Source: Thermoanaerobaculia bacterium (lineage in GTDB: Bacteria; Acidobacteriota; Thermoanaerobaculia; UBA5066). From it: 64,000 nt of DNA. Position 1 is the stretch's first letter; the number at the start of each line of letters is the position of its first letter. Below, piece after piece: positions 48,795 through 57,371 of this stretch. The DNA lies in NCBI GenBank assembly GCA_038245905.1, contig JBBRRY010000016.1:15284-79283 (forward strand), in the 5' to 3' direction. Below the pieces are notes generated by a model. That model saw only the letters and a list, made by a program, of their open reading frames with translations, was not told the origin of the DNA and ran no database searches. The position numbers and the translations under genes were made by a program.

Positions 48795-49727
48795 TCAGGA
48801 GGCGGCGAGCACGAGGCGCGGCTCGCGAGAGACAGCGGCGTCGAGCGCCACTCCGATCCCGGCGAGAGACGAGAGTCCCCAGAGGAGCGGGCCGAGGACC
48901 GGAAGGAGAGACAGCAGCCCGAGGAGAAGAACGCCGGCCGCGAGCGCCGTCGGATCGCCGAACAGGAGGCTTCCGCGCGGAGCGCCCCTCGTGATCCGCC
49001 GCCCGAGCGCGACGAAAACGACCGTGAGGCCGAAGATCTTGGCGGCCACGAGCGCTGCGAGAAGAATGGCGCCCACGGCGAGCGCGGGCCGGGCCGGGAG
49101 GATGGACAGCGCGAAGGCCACGGAAAAGAACGCGGTCAGGATCGCGGTCGCGCCGAGCGCAGCCAGGAACGCGAGGCGGCTCGGAACATCGTCCGCGGCC
49201 CGGAGGAGCCGGCGGGGCGCGAGAAAGAGGAGACCGAAGGAGACCACGAGCCAGGCGAAGAGGAGGAAGAGCCTAAGCGAAAGGACCAGAGTCGAGGACT
49301 TGCCACGTGTCAGCGGCGAGGTTTCGAGCTCAGACAGGACCGCCGCCTCGAGCGCCGAGATCGTGCGGACACGTCCGCGCACCTGCGGGTGGCCGTCGGA
49401 ATTTTCTTCGAAGGTGAGGGAACCGCCAACCGCCAGCACGTCCCCGTCGATGACGGCGCCACGGAGGATCGTCGCGTCCGCGCCAAGGAGAACGAGATCG
49501 CGGCGAATGCGGCCCGACACAGTCGCGTGGGCTGCTCCGACGAGAACCGCGCTCCCTCCCAATTCTCCTTCCAAGAAAATCCTCTTCCCGAGAACCACGA
49601 GATCCCCGGAACGGGTCGTTCCCTTCGGAATGAGAATGGAGGCCTCTTCCGCGCGCGCAGATTGGGCGACCATCAGAAGCAGAATGAATATCGCCCGATT
49701 ACCCCGCGTGCGAATCCAGCGGTTCAT
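48795..49727 (-). CDS. Membrane protein with bactofilin-like (polymer-forming) beta-helix repeats
   Basis: Repeats GDLVVLG / RDLVLLG / GDVLAVGG, then about 5 TM helices. Confidence 0.7.
   Translation of the reverse strand: MNRWIRTRGNRAIFILLLMVAQSARAEEASILIPKGTTRSGDLVVLGKRIFLEGELGGSAVLVGAAHATVSGRIRRDLVLLGADATILRGAVIDGDVLAVGGSLTFEENSDGHPQVRGRVRTISALEAAVLSELETSPLTRGKSSTLVLSLRLFLLFAWLVVSFGLLFLAPRRLLRAADDVPSRLAFLAALGATAILTAFFSVAFALSILPARPALAVGAILLAALVAAKIFGLTVVFVALGRRITRGAPRGSLLFGDPTALAAGVLLLGLLSLLPVLGPLLWGLSSLAGIGVALDAAVSREPRLVLAAS
49399..49582. repeat. Inverted motif pair in the bactofilin-like gene
   Basis: 49399-49414 (-) CCTTCGAAGAAAATTC; 49567-49582 (+) CCTTCCAAGAAAATCC. Confidence 0.65.
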
Positions 49728-49740
49728 CGGGGAGCCCGCG

Positions 49741-50277
49741 TCAGCCGCGGGGCGTGCCCGCGACGGCGCGCGCGAGACGCGACGGACGCCGGGACAGCCG
49801 CCGTGCCAGGATGGCAAACGTGGCGCCCGAGGCGAGAAGGGCGCCCGCAAGAGCCGCGCGGGCGCCCGGCGTGCCGGACAGCACTGCCCCGAGGGCGTCG
49901 GCGAGGGTGGGGATCGCAGCGAGCAGCGCAGGCAGCCCGGCCGTCGTGCCAGCCGCCATGACCCGCGCCCACATCTCGAGAGCCGTCTGGGGTCCGAGCG
50001 ACCAGAGAGGGGCGAGAAAGACGACCAAGCTGGCCGTCAGGAGTCCTCCGGCCGCCAGCGCAGGCGCCCTCCAGGCTCGAGCGCGACGGACCTCCCAGGG
50101 GGCAAAGGGGCGATGGGCCATTACCCGGGCGGTCAAGTCGGCCTCCCAGCCAGGTGCAGGAGAAGCCATAACACATTCATCCAGAATGGTTTCCAGGCGA
50201 CGATCCAGCTCCAGCTCCTCCATCGAAGTCGGATTAACGTCCGGGACGTCAGGGACGTGGGTGGCGCTATCGTTCAT
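49741..50277 (-). CDS. Putative anti-sigma membrane protein
   Basis: Directly downstream of the ECF sigma gene; PAPGWEADLTARVM followed by TM helices. Confidence 0.6.
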   Translation of the reverse strand: MNDSATHVPDVPDVNPTSMEELELDRRLETILDECVMASPAPGWEADLTARVMAHRPFAPWEVRRARAWRAPALAAGGLLTASLVVFLAPLWSLGPQTALEMWARVMAAGTTAGLPALLAAIPTLADALGAVLSGTPGARAALAGALLASGATFAILARRLSRRPSRLARAVAGTPRG

Positions 50278-50287
50278 CCTGACCCCT

Positions 50288-50878
50288 CTATACGATGTCT
50301 CTGGGCAAAAGATCTCGTAGTGCCTGCCGCGCCCGGAACAGCTTGTTCTTGACGGTACCGAGGGGCATCCCCTTGAGTTCCGCGATTTCCTCATAGGGCA
50401 TCTCGCCGTAGTGGCGGAGACTGATGAGCTCGCGGTAATCGTCGGGAAGCCGGTCGATCGCCTCTGCGAGTGCCGTGCGAAGGCGTTGGCGCGTCAGCTC
50501 TTCGTGGGGGTTCGCGCGGGTTTCGGGAGGATCCACCGAACGCGCTTCTCCATCCTCGCCGGGCGGCCGCTCGAGCGGCAGTGTGCGCACGCGCCGCCGC
50601 CTCAGATGGTCGATCGCGGCGTTTCCGGCGATTCGAAAGAGCCAGGTCGAAAACTTGTAGTGCGGGTCGTACGAGTCAAGGGCGCAATACACTTTAATAA
50701 AGACTTCCTGGGTGACGTCACGGGCATCTTCGACGTCGTACGTATACCTCTCCACATAGCGCGAGAGGCGCGTCCGGTAGCGGTCCACGAGGACGGCGAA
50801 TGCGTCCGTGTCATGCGTCAACGCGAGCCGGACGAGCTCTGCGTCGTCGCGTTCTTGCGCGGATTTCACAGGCGGCAT
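50288..50878 (-). CDS. ECF RNA polymerase sigma factor
   Basis: DVTQEVFIK, FSTWLFRIA.N, YEEIAE...GTVKNKLFRAR. Confidence 0.93.
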   Translation of the reverse strand: MPPVKSAQERDDAELVRLALTHDTDAFAVLVDRYRTRLSRYVERYTYDVEDARDVTQEVFIKVYCALDSYDPHYKFSTWLFRIAGNAAIDHLRRRRVRTLPLERPPGEDGEARSVDPPETRANPHEELTRQRLRTALAEAIDRLPDDYRELISLRHYGEMPYEEIAELKGMPLGTVKNKLFRARQALRDLLPRDIV

Positions 50879-50918
50879 CGTGCCACAGGGCGCCTCTTTC
50901 CTCGCGGGAGGAGACGCT

Positions 50919-53711
50919 TCAGCGCGTGATCCTGCGACGCACCGACGAGAGTCCGGATCGAACGGCGGATCCCGCCTCCCCGTCGGGCGACGCCAGAATT
51001 GCGACGGCGTGGTCCTCGTCCGCGTTCAGGAGGAGCCTCAGGATCGACCCGCCCGTGACCCCCGGAACGTCGATCACGCGGACGACCGCCTCGAGGTCGC
51101 GGAACTCCGGCGCGAGATCGGCGAGCACGCTCGGCGATTCGCGGAGAAACGACTCGCGGAAGCGGATCTCCGGGTCGTCCGGGAAGAGAGGAAGGTAGCG
51201 AATCGACGCCTCCACGAGGTCCTGGAAGAAATGCGTCCCGAAGGAGAGGTCGGGGACGTACCCCCCCTGCCGGCGCGCGACCTCGATGAGAGCCGCGGCG
51301 TTGTTGATGTCGGAATACGTGACGGGGACTCCGAGCTTCAGGTCGCCGCGGCTTCCCCACCGGCCCGGACCCATGAGGACGAACCGGCGCTTCGGGAGCA
51401 CCTTGTTCATGCGCCCCACGGCCTGGCCCACGCGCCGGAGCGAGGCTGCATCGGGCAGAGCCGCGTATCCCTCCGGGTCGACGTAGACAACGTACGTCAG
51501 ATCGGGCACGCGGCCGTTCGAGACGAACCGCTTCGCCTCGAAAATCACGCGTTCGCCCGAGAGGTCCGACGGGATCGGGGCGGCCGCCGACTCCTCGGCG
51601 AAGCTCTGCGGCCGGCACTGGAGAAGGTAGAGGTCCCTGCCGTCCGAAGCGAACTCGATGTCGACCGGGCCGTGCGTCTTCTCGCGCAGAACCCGGAGGA
51701 GCGCGCGCACCCGAGAGAGGAAGGACGTGGATTCGAAGAGCGGCTCGAACGTCGCGACGAACTTCCCCTTCTTCGAGGTCCAGTCCAGGAGGTACGGCCG
51801 GTGGACGCCGCTCTCGTCGGCGACCGACAAAACCTGCTCGATGCCCGGAATCTCCGCGCCGCACTCCTCGAGGAGGAGGTCGAGCTCGACCGTTCCGAAC
51901 GATCCGGACTCCATGTCGATGACGTCGACCTTCCGGGGCGCGTAGCGCACGACGTCTGCGGGCGTCACGTTCACGCGGAGGCCCGGCTGCCCCGGCGCCA
52001 CGAGGATCGGATAGTCGTCCGAGAGGCGGTCCACGGCTCGCGTCCCGAGGCCCGGCACGAGGCGCACGAGCCCGTCCTCCCGTGCGATCCGCGCGGACCA
52101 GCGGAACTCGTTGTTCGAGAACGCGACGCCCGCGAACGTGGGGAGGAAGTACTTCCCGACGCGGTTCCCGACGACCTCCTGCAGGAGGATGCCCATCTCC
52201 TCGTGAACGTCGAGAAGACCGCGCTCGGCGCGGTACTCGAGAGGGTCCGGGCCGAACACGGAGGCGTAGACCTCGGCGATCGCGTCCAGGAGGGCCGCGA
52301 GGCGGTCGGCCTTCGGACCCTGGTTCGCGAGGAAGAGACTCTTGTACTTGCCCGAGAACGACGCCCCGACGCGGTCCTCGAGGAGGCTCGAGCTACGCAC
52401 GATGAGCGGCCGGTCGCCGAAGTCGTCGAGCGCGAGCGAGAGGCCCTTGACGATCTCGGGCGAGAAGTGGGAGTTCTTGAAGACCTGGATCACGTGCGGG
52501 TACTCGCGCCGCACCTGGTCGATCTCGAGGTACTTGCGGTCGTAGAGGTCCTCGAGCTGGTTGAACTCGATGAAGTCGAGGATCCCGTCCGATGTGAGGT
52601 GCCACGTCTTCGGGATCTTCACGTCGCCGAGCGCGTCCGCGAATTCCGCCGACTTCTTCACGATCTGGGACGCGAGGAGGAGGCCGGAGGCCTTTCCACC
52701 GAGTCGGCCGTAGCTCTTCGGGGGCGAGATCACGCGGCGCACGAGGTCGAAGAAATCGGCCGTGTCGATGAAGTCCTTCGCGACGTCCACGAACCCGAGG
52801 TCGTCCGTCAGGAAGCGGCGCGCGAGCGAGACGCGCAGCTCGACCTGGACCGTGCGCGAGAGCTTTCGGTCGTCGAGGTGCGAGTCGTGAAACCGGGCGA
52901 GCGCCTGGGCGAGCTCGGCGGTGGACGTGCCCGGATTCTCGGCGGCGCGCAGGAGGAAGTCGGCCTTGTCGTCGCGGATCCATTTCTGAATGCACGAGCG
53001 GATCTCGGCCGACGTGAGATGACACGAGGCGAGGCGGAACGCCTCGTCCGCGACGCCGAGCAGCGACTCGGCGATGCGGCGCGGCGCGGGCCGGTTCTCG
53101 TCCGACTCGAGCGGCTCGCGCCCGCCCGCGAAGTGCGGGAGGAGGTTCTGCGCGGCCGCGACGCCGTTCCAGCAGAGGTAGTTGATCATCCGCCGCGAGA
53201 TCCTCACGAGGGAGCGGGGGTCCGTCTGGCGGAGGAAGTCGACGATGATCCGCCACTCGCCGGCCGGCTCGTTCGCCCGCGCGGCTTCCGGGCGGCCTTG
53301 GAGGGCGTCGAGGAGCCGGCGCTCGAGGAGGAGCTGCCCCAGCCGCTCTGCGACGGTGTCGAGGAGTTTGCGCTCCTCCTTGAGGAACGGACCTTCGTCG
53401 GCCTCCGGGCGCTCGTCGCGGTAGAAGACCTCGAGCCAGCCTGAGGACTCTCCCTGCACGCGAATCTCCGCGCTCTGGCGCCACGGCGTCACGTCGGCGC
53501 CGGCCGGCCCGTACGCCGTGCCGTCCACGAGGACGCGCGCGAAGCACGTCTCGGGAAACTGCCACCCGGCGGGGAGGATCTGGACGACGCGCCGGAAGAT
53601 CTCGTCCAGCGAGGACTGCAGCGACTTGCAGGCCTCGTTGACACGGTAGATCGTGCTGAGCTCCTTGGCCCGCTCCTGGAGCGCTTCGAGAAGATGATCG
53701 CCCGGCGTCAT
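50919..53711 (-). CDS. PEP/pyruvate-binding (PPDK_N ATP-grasp) domain protein with N-terminal sensor-like domain
   Basis: LGGKASGL, PLIVRSSSLLED, FSGKY.S.F, GLGTRAV, GPGRWGS, SFGTHFFQDLVE. Confidence 0.88.
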   Translation of the reverse strand: MTPGDHLLEALQERAKELSTIYRVNEACKSLQSSLDEIFRRVVQILPAGWQFPETCFARVLVDGTAYGPAGADVTPWRQSAEIRVQGESSGWLEVFYRDERPEADEGPFLKEERKLLDTVAERLGQLLLERRLLDALQGRPEAARANEPAGEWRIIVDFLRQTDPRSLVRISRRMINYLCWNGVAAAQNLLPHFAGGREPLESDENRPAPRRIAESLLGVADEAFRLASCHLTSAEIRSCIQKWIRDDKADFLLRAAENPGTSTAELAQALARFHDSHLDDRKLSRTVQVELRVSLARRFLTDDLGFVDVAKDFIDTADFFDLVRRVISPPKSYGRLGGKASGLLLASQIVKKSAEFADALGDVKIPKTWHLTSDGILDFIEFNQLEDLYDRKYLEIDQVRREYPHVIQVFKNSHFSPEIVKGLSLALDDFGDRPLIVRSSSLLEDRVGASFSGKYKSLFLANQGPKADRLAALLDAIAEVYASVFGPDPLEYRAERGLLDVHEEMGILLQEVVGNRVGKYFLPTFAGVAFSNNEFRWSARIAREDGLVRLVPGLGTRAVDRLSDDYPILVAPGQPGLRVNVTPADVVRYAPRKVDVIDMESGSFGTVELDLLLEECGAEIPGIEQVLSVADESGVHRPYLLDWTSKKGKFVATFEPLFESTSFLSRVRALLRVLREKTHGPVDIEFASDGRDLYLLQCRPQSFAEESAAAPIPSDLSGERVIFEAKRFVSNGRVPDLTYVVYVDPEGYAALPDAASLRRVGQAVGRMNKVLPKRRFVLMGPGRWGSRGDLKLGVPVTYSDINNAAALIEVARRQGGYVPDLSFGTHFFQDLVEASIRYLPLFPDDPEIRFRESFLRESPSVLADLAPEFRDLEAVVRVIDVPGVTGGSILRLLLNADEDHAVAILASPDGEAGSAVRSGLSSVRRRITR

Positions 53712-53741
53712 GACTATGTCCGGCAGTTTACCGGGACGGCC

Positions 53742-53780
53742 CGCCGGAGACCGCGCCCGGACGGGGCGCGGTCTCCGGCG
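53742..53780. terminator. Strong hairpin between gdh and the PPDK_N gene
   Basis: CGCCGGAGACCGCGCCC-GGACG-GGGCGCGGTCTCCGGCG, perfect 17-bp stem with no U-tract. Confidence 0.6.
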
Positions 53781-53804
53781 AGTCCGCTACGGGAAGGAAG
53801 TCGA

Positions 53805-55088
53805 TCAGACCCAGCCGCGGTCCCGCGAGGCCTTCGCGACGCGGCTTACCGCGATCACATAGGCCGCGTCCCGCATATAGAGCTTGCGGGAGGCCGCGAG
53901 GTCCGCGACGTCGTGGAACGCTTTCGTCATCTTGGCGTCCAGCTTCGTCAGGACCTCTTCCTGGGTCCAGAAGAAGTTCATGTTGCTCTGCACCTGCTCG
54001 AAGTAGCTGCAGGTGACGCCGCCGGCGTTCGCGAGGAAGTCCGGAATCACGAAGATGCCGCGCTCCTTGAGGATCGCGTCGGCCTCGGGCGTCGTCGGGC
54101 CGTTCGCGCCTTCGAGGAGGACCTTCACGTTCTTACCGACCCGCTTCACGGTCTCGCCCGTGACCTGGTTCTCGAGCGCCGCGGGGATCAGGATGTCGAC
54201 GTCCTCGGCGATCCAGTCGCCGCCCGGTTTGACCTCGTAGCCCAGGGCCTTCGCCTTGGCCTTGTCGATGCCGCCGAACGGATCCGTGATCGTCATGAGC
54301 TGCGCGCCGTCCACGCCCGACTCGCGCCGGAACGTATACGAGGTCTGGTCGGCCTGGTCCCATGAGGAGACCGCGACGACCGTGCCGCCCATCTTCGTGT
54401 AAAGCTGGATCGCGTACTGCGACACGTTCCCGAAGCCCTGCACGGAGGCCTTCGTCTTCGCGACGTCGATTCCCATCTTCTTGAGGGCCTCGCGGAGCGT
54501 GTAGATGGCGCCGTAGCCCGTGGCCTCGGTGCGGCCGAGGGAGCCGCCCAGCCCGACCGGCTTGCCCGTGATGAAGCCGGGGCCGCGGTGGCCGTGGATC
54601 GTCTCCCACTCGTCCATCATCCAGACCATGTGCTGCGGGGTCGTCATGACGTCCGGCGCCGGCACGTCGATCGCGGGCCCGACGTTCTTCGCGACCTGGC
54701 GCACCCACCCGCGGCAGATGGCTTCCTGCTCGCGCGCGGAGAGGTTGTGCGGGTCGCAGATCACGCCGCCCTTGGCGCCGCCGAGGGGGATGTCGACGAC
54801 CGCGCACTTCCACGTCATCCACATGGAGAGGGCGCGGACCGTGTCGATGGTCTCCTGCGGGTGGAAGCGGATCCCGCCCTTGCTCGGACCGCGCGCGTCG
54901 TTGTGCTGCACGCGGAAGCCGCGGAACACCTTGACCTTCCCGTCGTCCATGCGGACCGGGATCGCGAAGTGATACTCGCGCAGCGGCCACCGGAGGAGGT
55001 CGCGGGTCGGGACGTCGAGCGCGAGGATGTCGGCGCTCTTGTCGAACTGGGACTGGGCCATCTCGAAAGCGTTGAACGAGCCTTTCAT
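53805..55088 (-). CDS. gdhA: Glu/Leu/Phe/Val dehydrogenase (glutamate dehydrogenase)
   Basis: GPSKGGIRF, MTWKCA, GGAKGG, QGFGNV, EGANGP, ANAGGV. Confidence 0.9.
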   Translation of the reverse strand: MKGSFNAFEMAQSQFDKSADILALDVPTRDLLRWPLREYHFAIPVRMDDGKVKVFRGFRVQHNDARGPSKGGIRFHPQETIDTVRALSMWMTWKCAVVDIPLGGAKGGVICDPHNLSAREQEAICRGWVRQVAKNVGPAIDVPAPDVMTTPQHMVWMMDEWETIHGHRGPGFITGKPVGLGGSLGRTEATGYGAIYTLREALKKMGIDVAKTKASVQGFGNVSQYAIQLYTKMGGTVVAVSSWDQADQTSYTFRRESGVDGAQLMTITDPFGGIDKAKAKALGYEVKPGGDWIAEDVDILIPAALENQVTGETVKRVGKNVKVLLEGANGPTTPEADAILKERGIFVIPDFLANAGGVTCSYFEQVQSNMNFFWTQEEVLTKLDAKMTKAFHDVADLAASRKLYMRDAAYVIAVSRVAKASRDRGWV

Positions 55089-55322
55089 TTGGTTCTCCCC
55101 TGTTTTCCTTTTCCTTCTGCGTATTTTGTGGAACCGGCGGCCGCCCCAGGGAGGGACGTCGCAGAGGTGAAACGCATTCAAATGAAGTGTAGGGAACCAC
55201 CTGTGGGACCGGCCATGAGGCGGGTGAATCAGGTGCCGCCGCGTTCGACCTCACCGCGTTCCGGGTCTATATTCTGCAATGCGTTCCGGCCATTCTCCGG
55301 CCGGACAGGAGGACGACTTCCC

Positions 55323-56630
55323 ATGCCCCTGAACCCCGAATCAACGTCGGGTGTCCTCGCGCGCAAGGGCCCCAAAGGCGGGGGCGCATCGATCAACCCG
55401 TTCGAGGAGATGACCCAGCGGTTCGACCGCGCCGCCGAGCTCCTGGGGCTCGACGTCGGCCTCCGCAAGGTGCTCCGGGAGCCCATGAAGGAAGTGAAGG
55501 TCGGCATCCCGGTCGTCATGGACGACGGGAAGATCGAGGTCTTCGTGGGATATCGCGTGCACCACAACGTGGTCCGCGGCCCCGCCAAGGGCGGAATCCG
55601 CTTCGACCCGGGCGTGACGCTCGACGAGGTCCGCGCCCTCGCGGCGTGGATGACGTGGAAGTGCGCCGTCATGAACATCCCGTTCGGCGGCGGCAAGGGC
55701 GGCGTGATCTGCGACCCGCGCAAGCTCTCGCGCGGCGAGCTCGAGAGGATCACGCGGCGCTACACCGCCGAGATGATGGACGTCTTCGGACCCGAGCGCG
55801 ACGTCCCGGCGCCCGACGTCGGCACCGACTCTCAGACGATGGCGTGGCTCATGGACACATACTCCATGCACGTCGGCCACACCGTTACGTCCGTTGTCAC
55901 GGGCAAGCCGATCTCTCTCGGCGGCTCGCGCGGCCGCGTCGAGGCTACGGGCCGCGGCGTGATGATCGCGGGCCGCGAAGCCTGCCGCGCGCACGGGATC
56001 CCGCTCTCGGGCTCGCGCGTCGTCGTCCAGGGCTTCGGGAACGTCGGCTCGATCTCCGCGAAGATGTTTCATGAGCAGGGCGCGACGATCGTCGCGGTCT
56101 CCGACATCAACGGTGCGATCGAGAACAAGAAGGGCCTCGACGTCCCGGCGCTCCTCGCGTGGGTCGAGCAGAGGAAGACCGTCGTCGGGTTCTCCGGCGG
56201 CGTCCCGATCGACCCGGCCGATCTCCTCACGACCGACTGCGACATCCTCGTCCCGGCCGCTCTCGAGAACCAGATCACGGCCGAGAACGCGAACGACATC
56301 AAGGCGAAGATCATCGTCGAAGGCGCGAACGGTCCGACGACTCACGACGCGGACGACATCTTCCAGAAGAAGGGCATCATCGTCGTGCCGGACATCTTCG
56401 CGAACGGCGGCGGCGTGACGGTCTCCTACTTCGAGTGGGTGCAGGACCGCATGGGCTTCTTCTGGCGCGAGAAGGAAGTCAACGAGCGCCTCGAGGAGAT
56501 GATGGTCCAGTCCTTCGCGGATATTCGCGAAATGGCGGCCAAACACAAGGTCACGTACCGCATCGGAGCGTACATGGTCGCGATCCAGAGGGTCGCGCAC
56601 GACCTGCAGATGAGGGGCCTCTACGCTTAA
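55323..56630 (+). CDS. gdhA: Glu/Leu/Phe/Val dehydrogenase (glutamate dehydrogenase), second paralog
   Basis: GPAKGGIRF, GGGKGG, QGFGNVG, EGANGP, VSYFEWVQ. Confidence 0.9.
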   Translation: MPLNPESTSGVLARKGPKGGGASINPFEEMTQRFDRAAELLGLDVGLRKVLREPMKEVKVGIPVVMDDGKIEVFVGYRVHHNVVRGPAKGGIRFDPGVTLDEVRALAAWMTWKCAVMNIPFGGGKGGVICDPRKLSRGELERITRRYTAEMMDVFGPERDVPAPDVGTDSQTMAWLMDTYSMHVGHTVTSVVTGKPISLGGSRGRVEATGRGVMIAGREACRAHGIPLSGSRVVVQGFGNVGSISAKMFHEQGATIVAVSDINGAIENKKGLDVPALLAWVEQRKTVVGFSGGVPIDPADLLTTDCDILVPAALENQITAENANDIKAKIIVEGANGPTTHDADDIFQKKGIIVVPDIFANGGGVTVSYFEWVQDRMGFFWREKEVNERLEEMMVQSFADIREMAAKHKVTYRIGAYMVAIQRVAHDLQMRGLYA

Positions 56631-56639
56631 GATCCGCAT

Positions 56640-57371
56640 GTGATCCGGTTCGAACGGGCCGTCAAGCGCTACGGCGACAAGACGGCCCTTTCGGACTTCT
56701 CGCTCGAGATTCCCGCTGGCGCGCTCTTTGCTCTCGTCGGCCCGAACGGCGCCGGCAAGACGACCGCGATCGGCCTCCTCACCGGCCTCCTCTCCGCGAC
56801 GTCCGGCCGGACCTTCCTCGCGGGGATCGACGTCGCGCGCGACCCCGTGGCTGCGAAGGCGAGACTCGGGTTCGTGCCGGACCGTCCCTATCTCTGGCCG
56901 AAGTGGACACCGCGCGAGACCCTGCGATTCGTGGGAGCCGTCTTCGGCCGGCGCGGGCCGGGTCTGGAGGACCGGATCGACGCGGAGCTAGCCGCCTTCG
57001 ACTTGACGGAGTTTTCGGGCCAGCGCAACGAGACTCTCTCCCACGGCACGAGGCAGCGCGTGGCCCTCGCGCAGGCCTTCCTGCACGACCCGGGGGTTCT
57101 CGTCCTCGACGAGCCGATGGTCGGCCTCGATCCGCTCGCTCAGCGCGGCCTGACGGAACGCCTGAAGGACCATGCGGCCGCGGGCGCAGCGGTCCTCCTC
57201 ACGACCCATCAGCTCGCGCTCGCCGAGGAAGTCGCGACCGAAGTCGGCCTCCTCGTCGACGGGCGGCTCGTCGCTCGCGGGAACCCGAAGCGCCTCGTGA
57301 CGGCCGCCGGCATGACGGGCACGCTGTCGGAGATCTTCTTCAACCTCGCGCGCGGAACGCCGCGCCCGTGA
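56640..57371 (+). CDS. ABC transporter ATP-binding protein
   Basis: GPNGAGKTT, LSHGTRQR, DEPMVGLDP. Confidence 0.92.
   Translation: MIRFERAVKRYGDKTALSDFSLEIPAGALFALVGPNGAGKTTAIGLLTGLLSATSGRTFLAGIDVARDPVAAKARLGFVPDRPYLWPKWTPRETLRFVGAVFGRRGPGLEDRIDAELAAFDLTEFSGQRNETLSHGTRQRVALAQAFLHDPGVLVLDEPMVGLDPLAQRGLTERLKDHAAAGAAVLLTTHQLALAEEVATEVGLLVDGRLVARGNPKRLVTAAGMTGTLSEIFFNLARGTPRP

Noticed and set aside
29402-53444. Long antisense and alternative-frame ORFs (e.g. 29402-31687, 45985-47901, 50808-53444)
   Set aside because: They are shadows of genuine genes, expected from the scarcity of stop codons at high GC; they are Arg/Pro/Gly-rich with no motifs.
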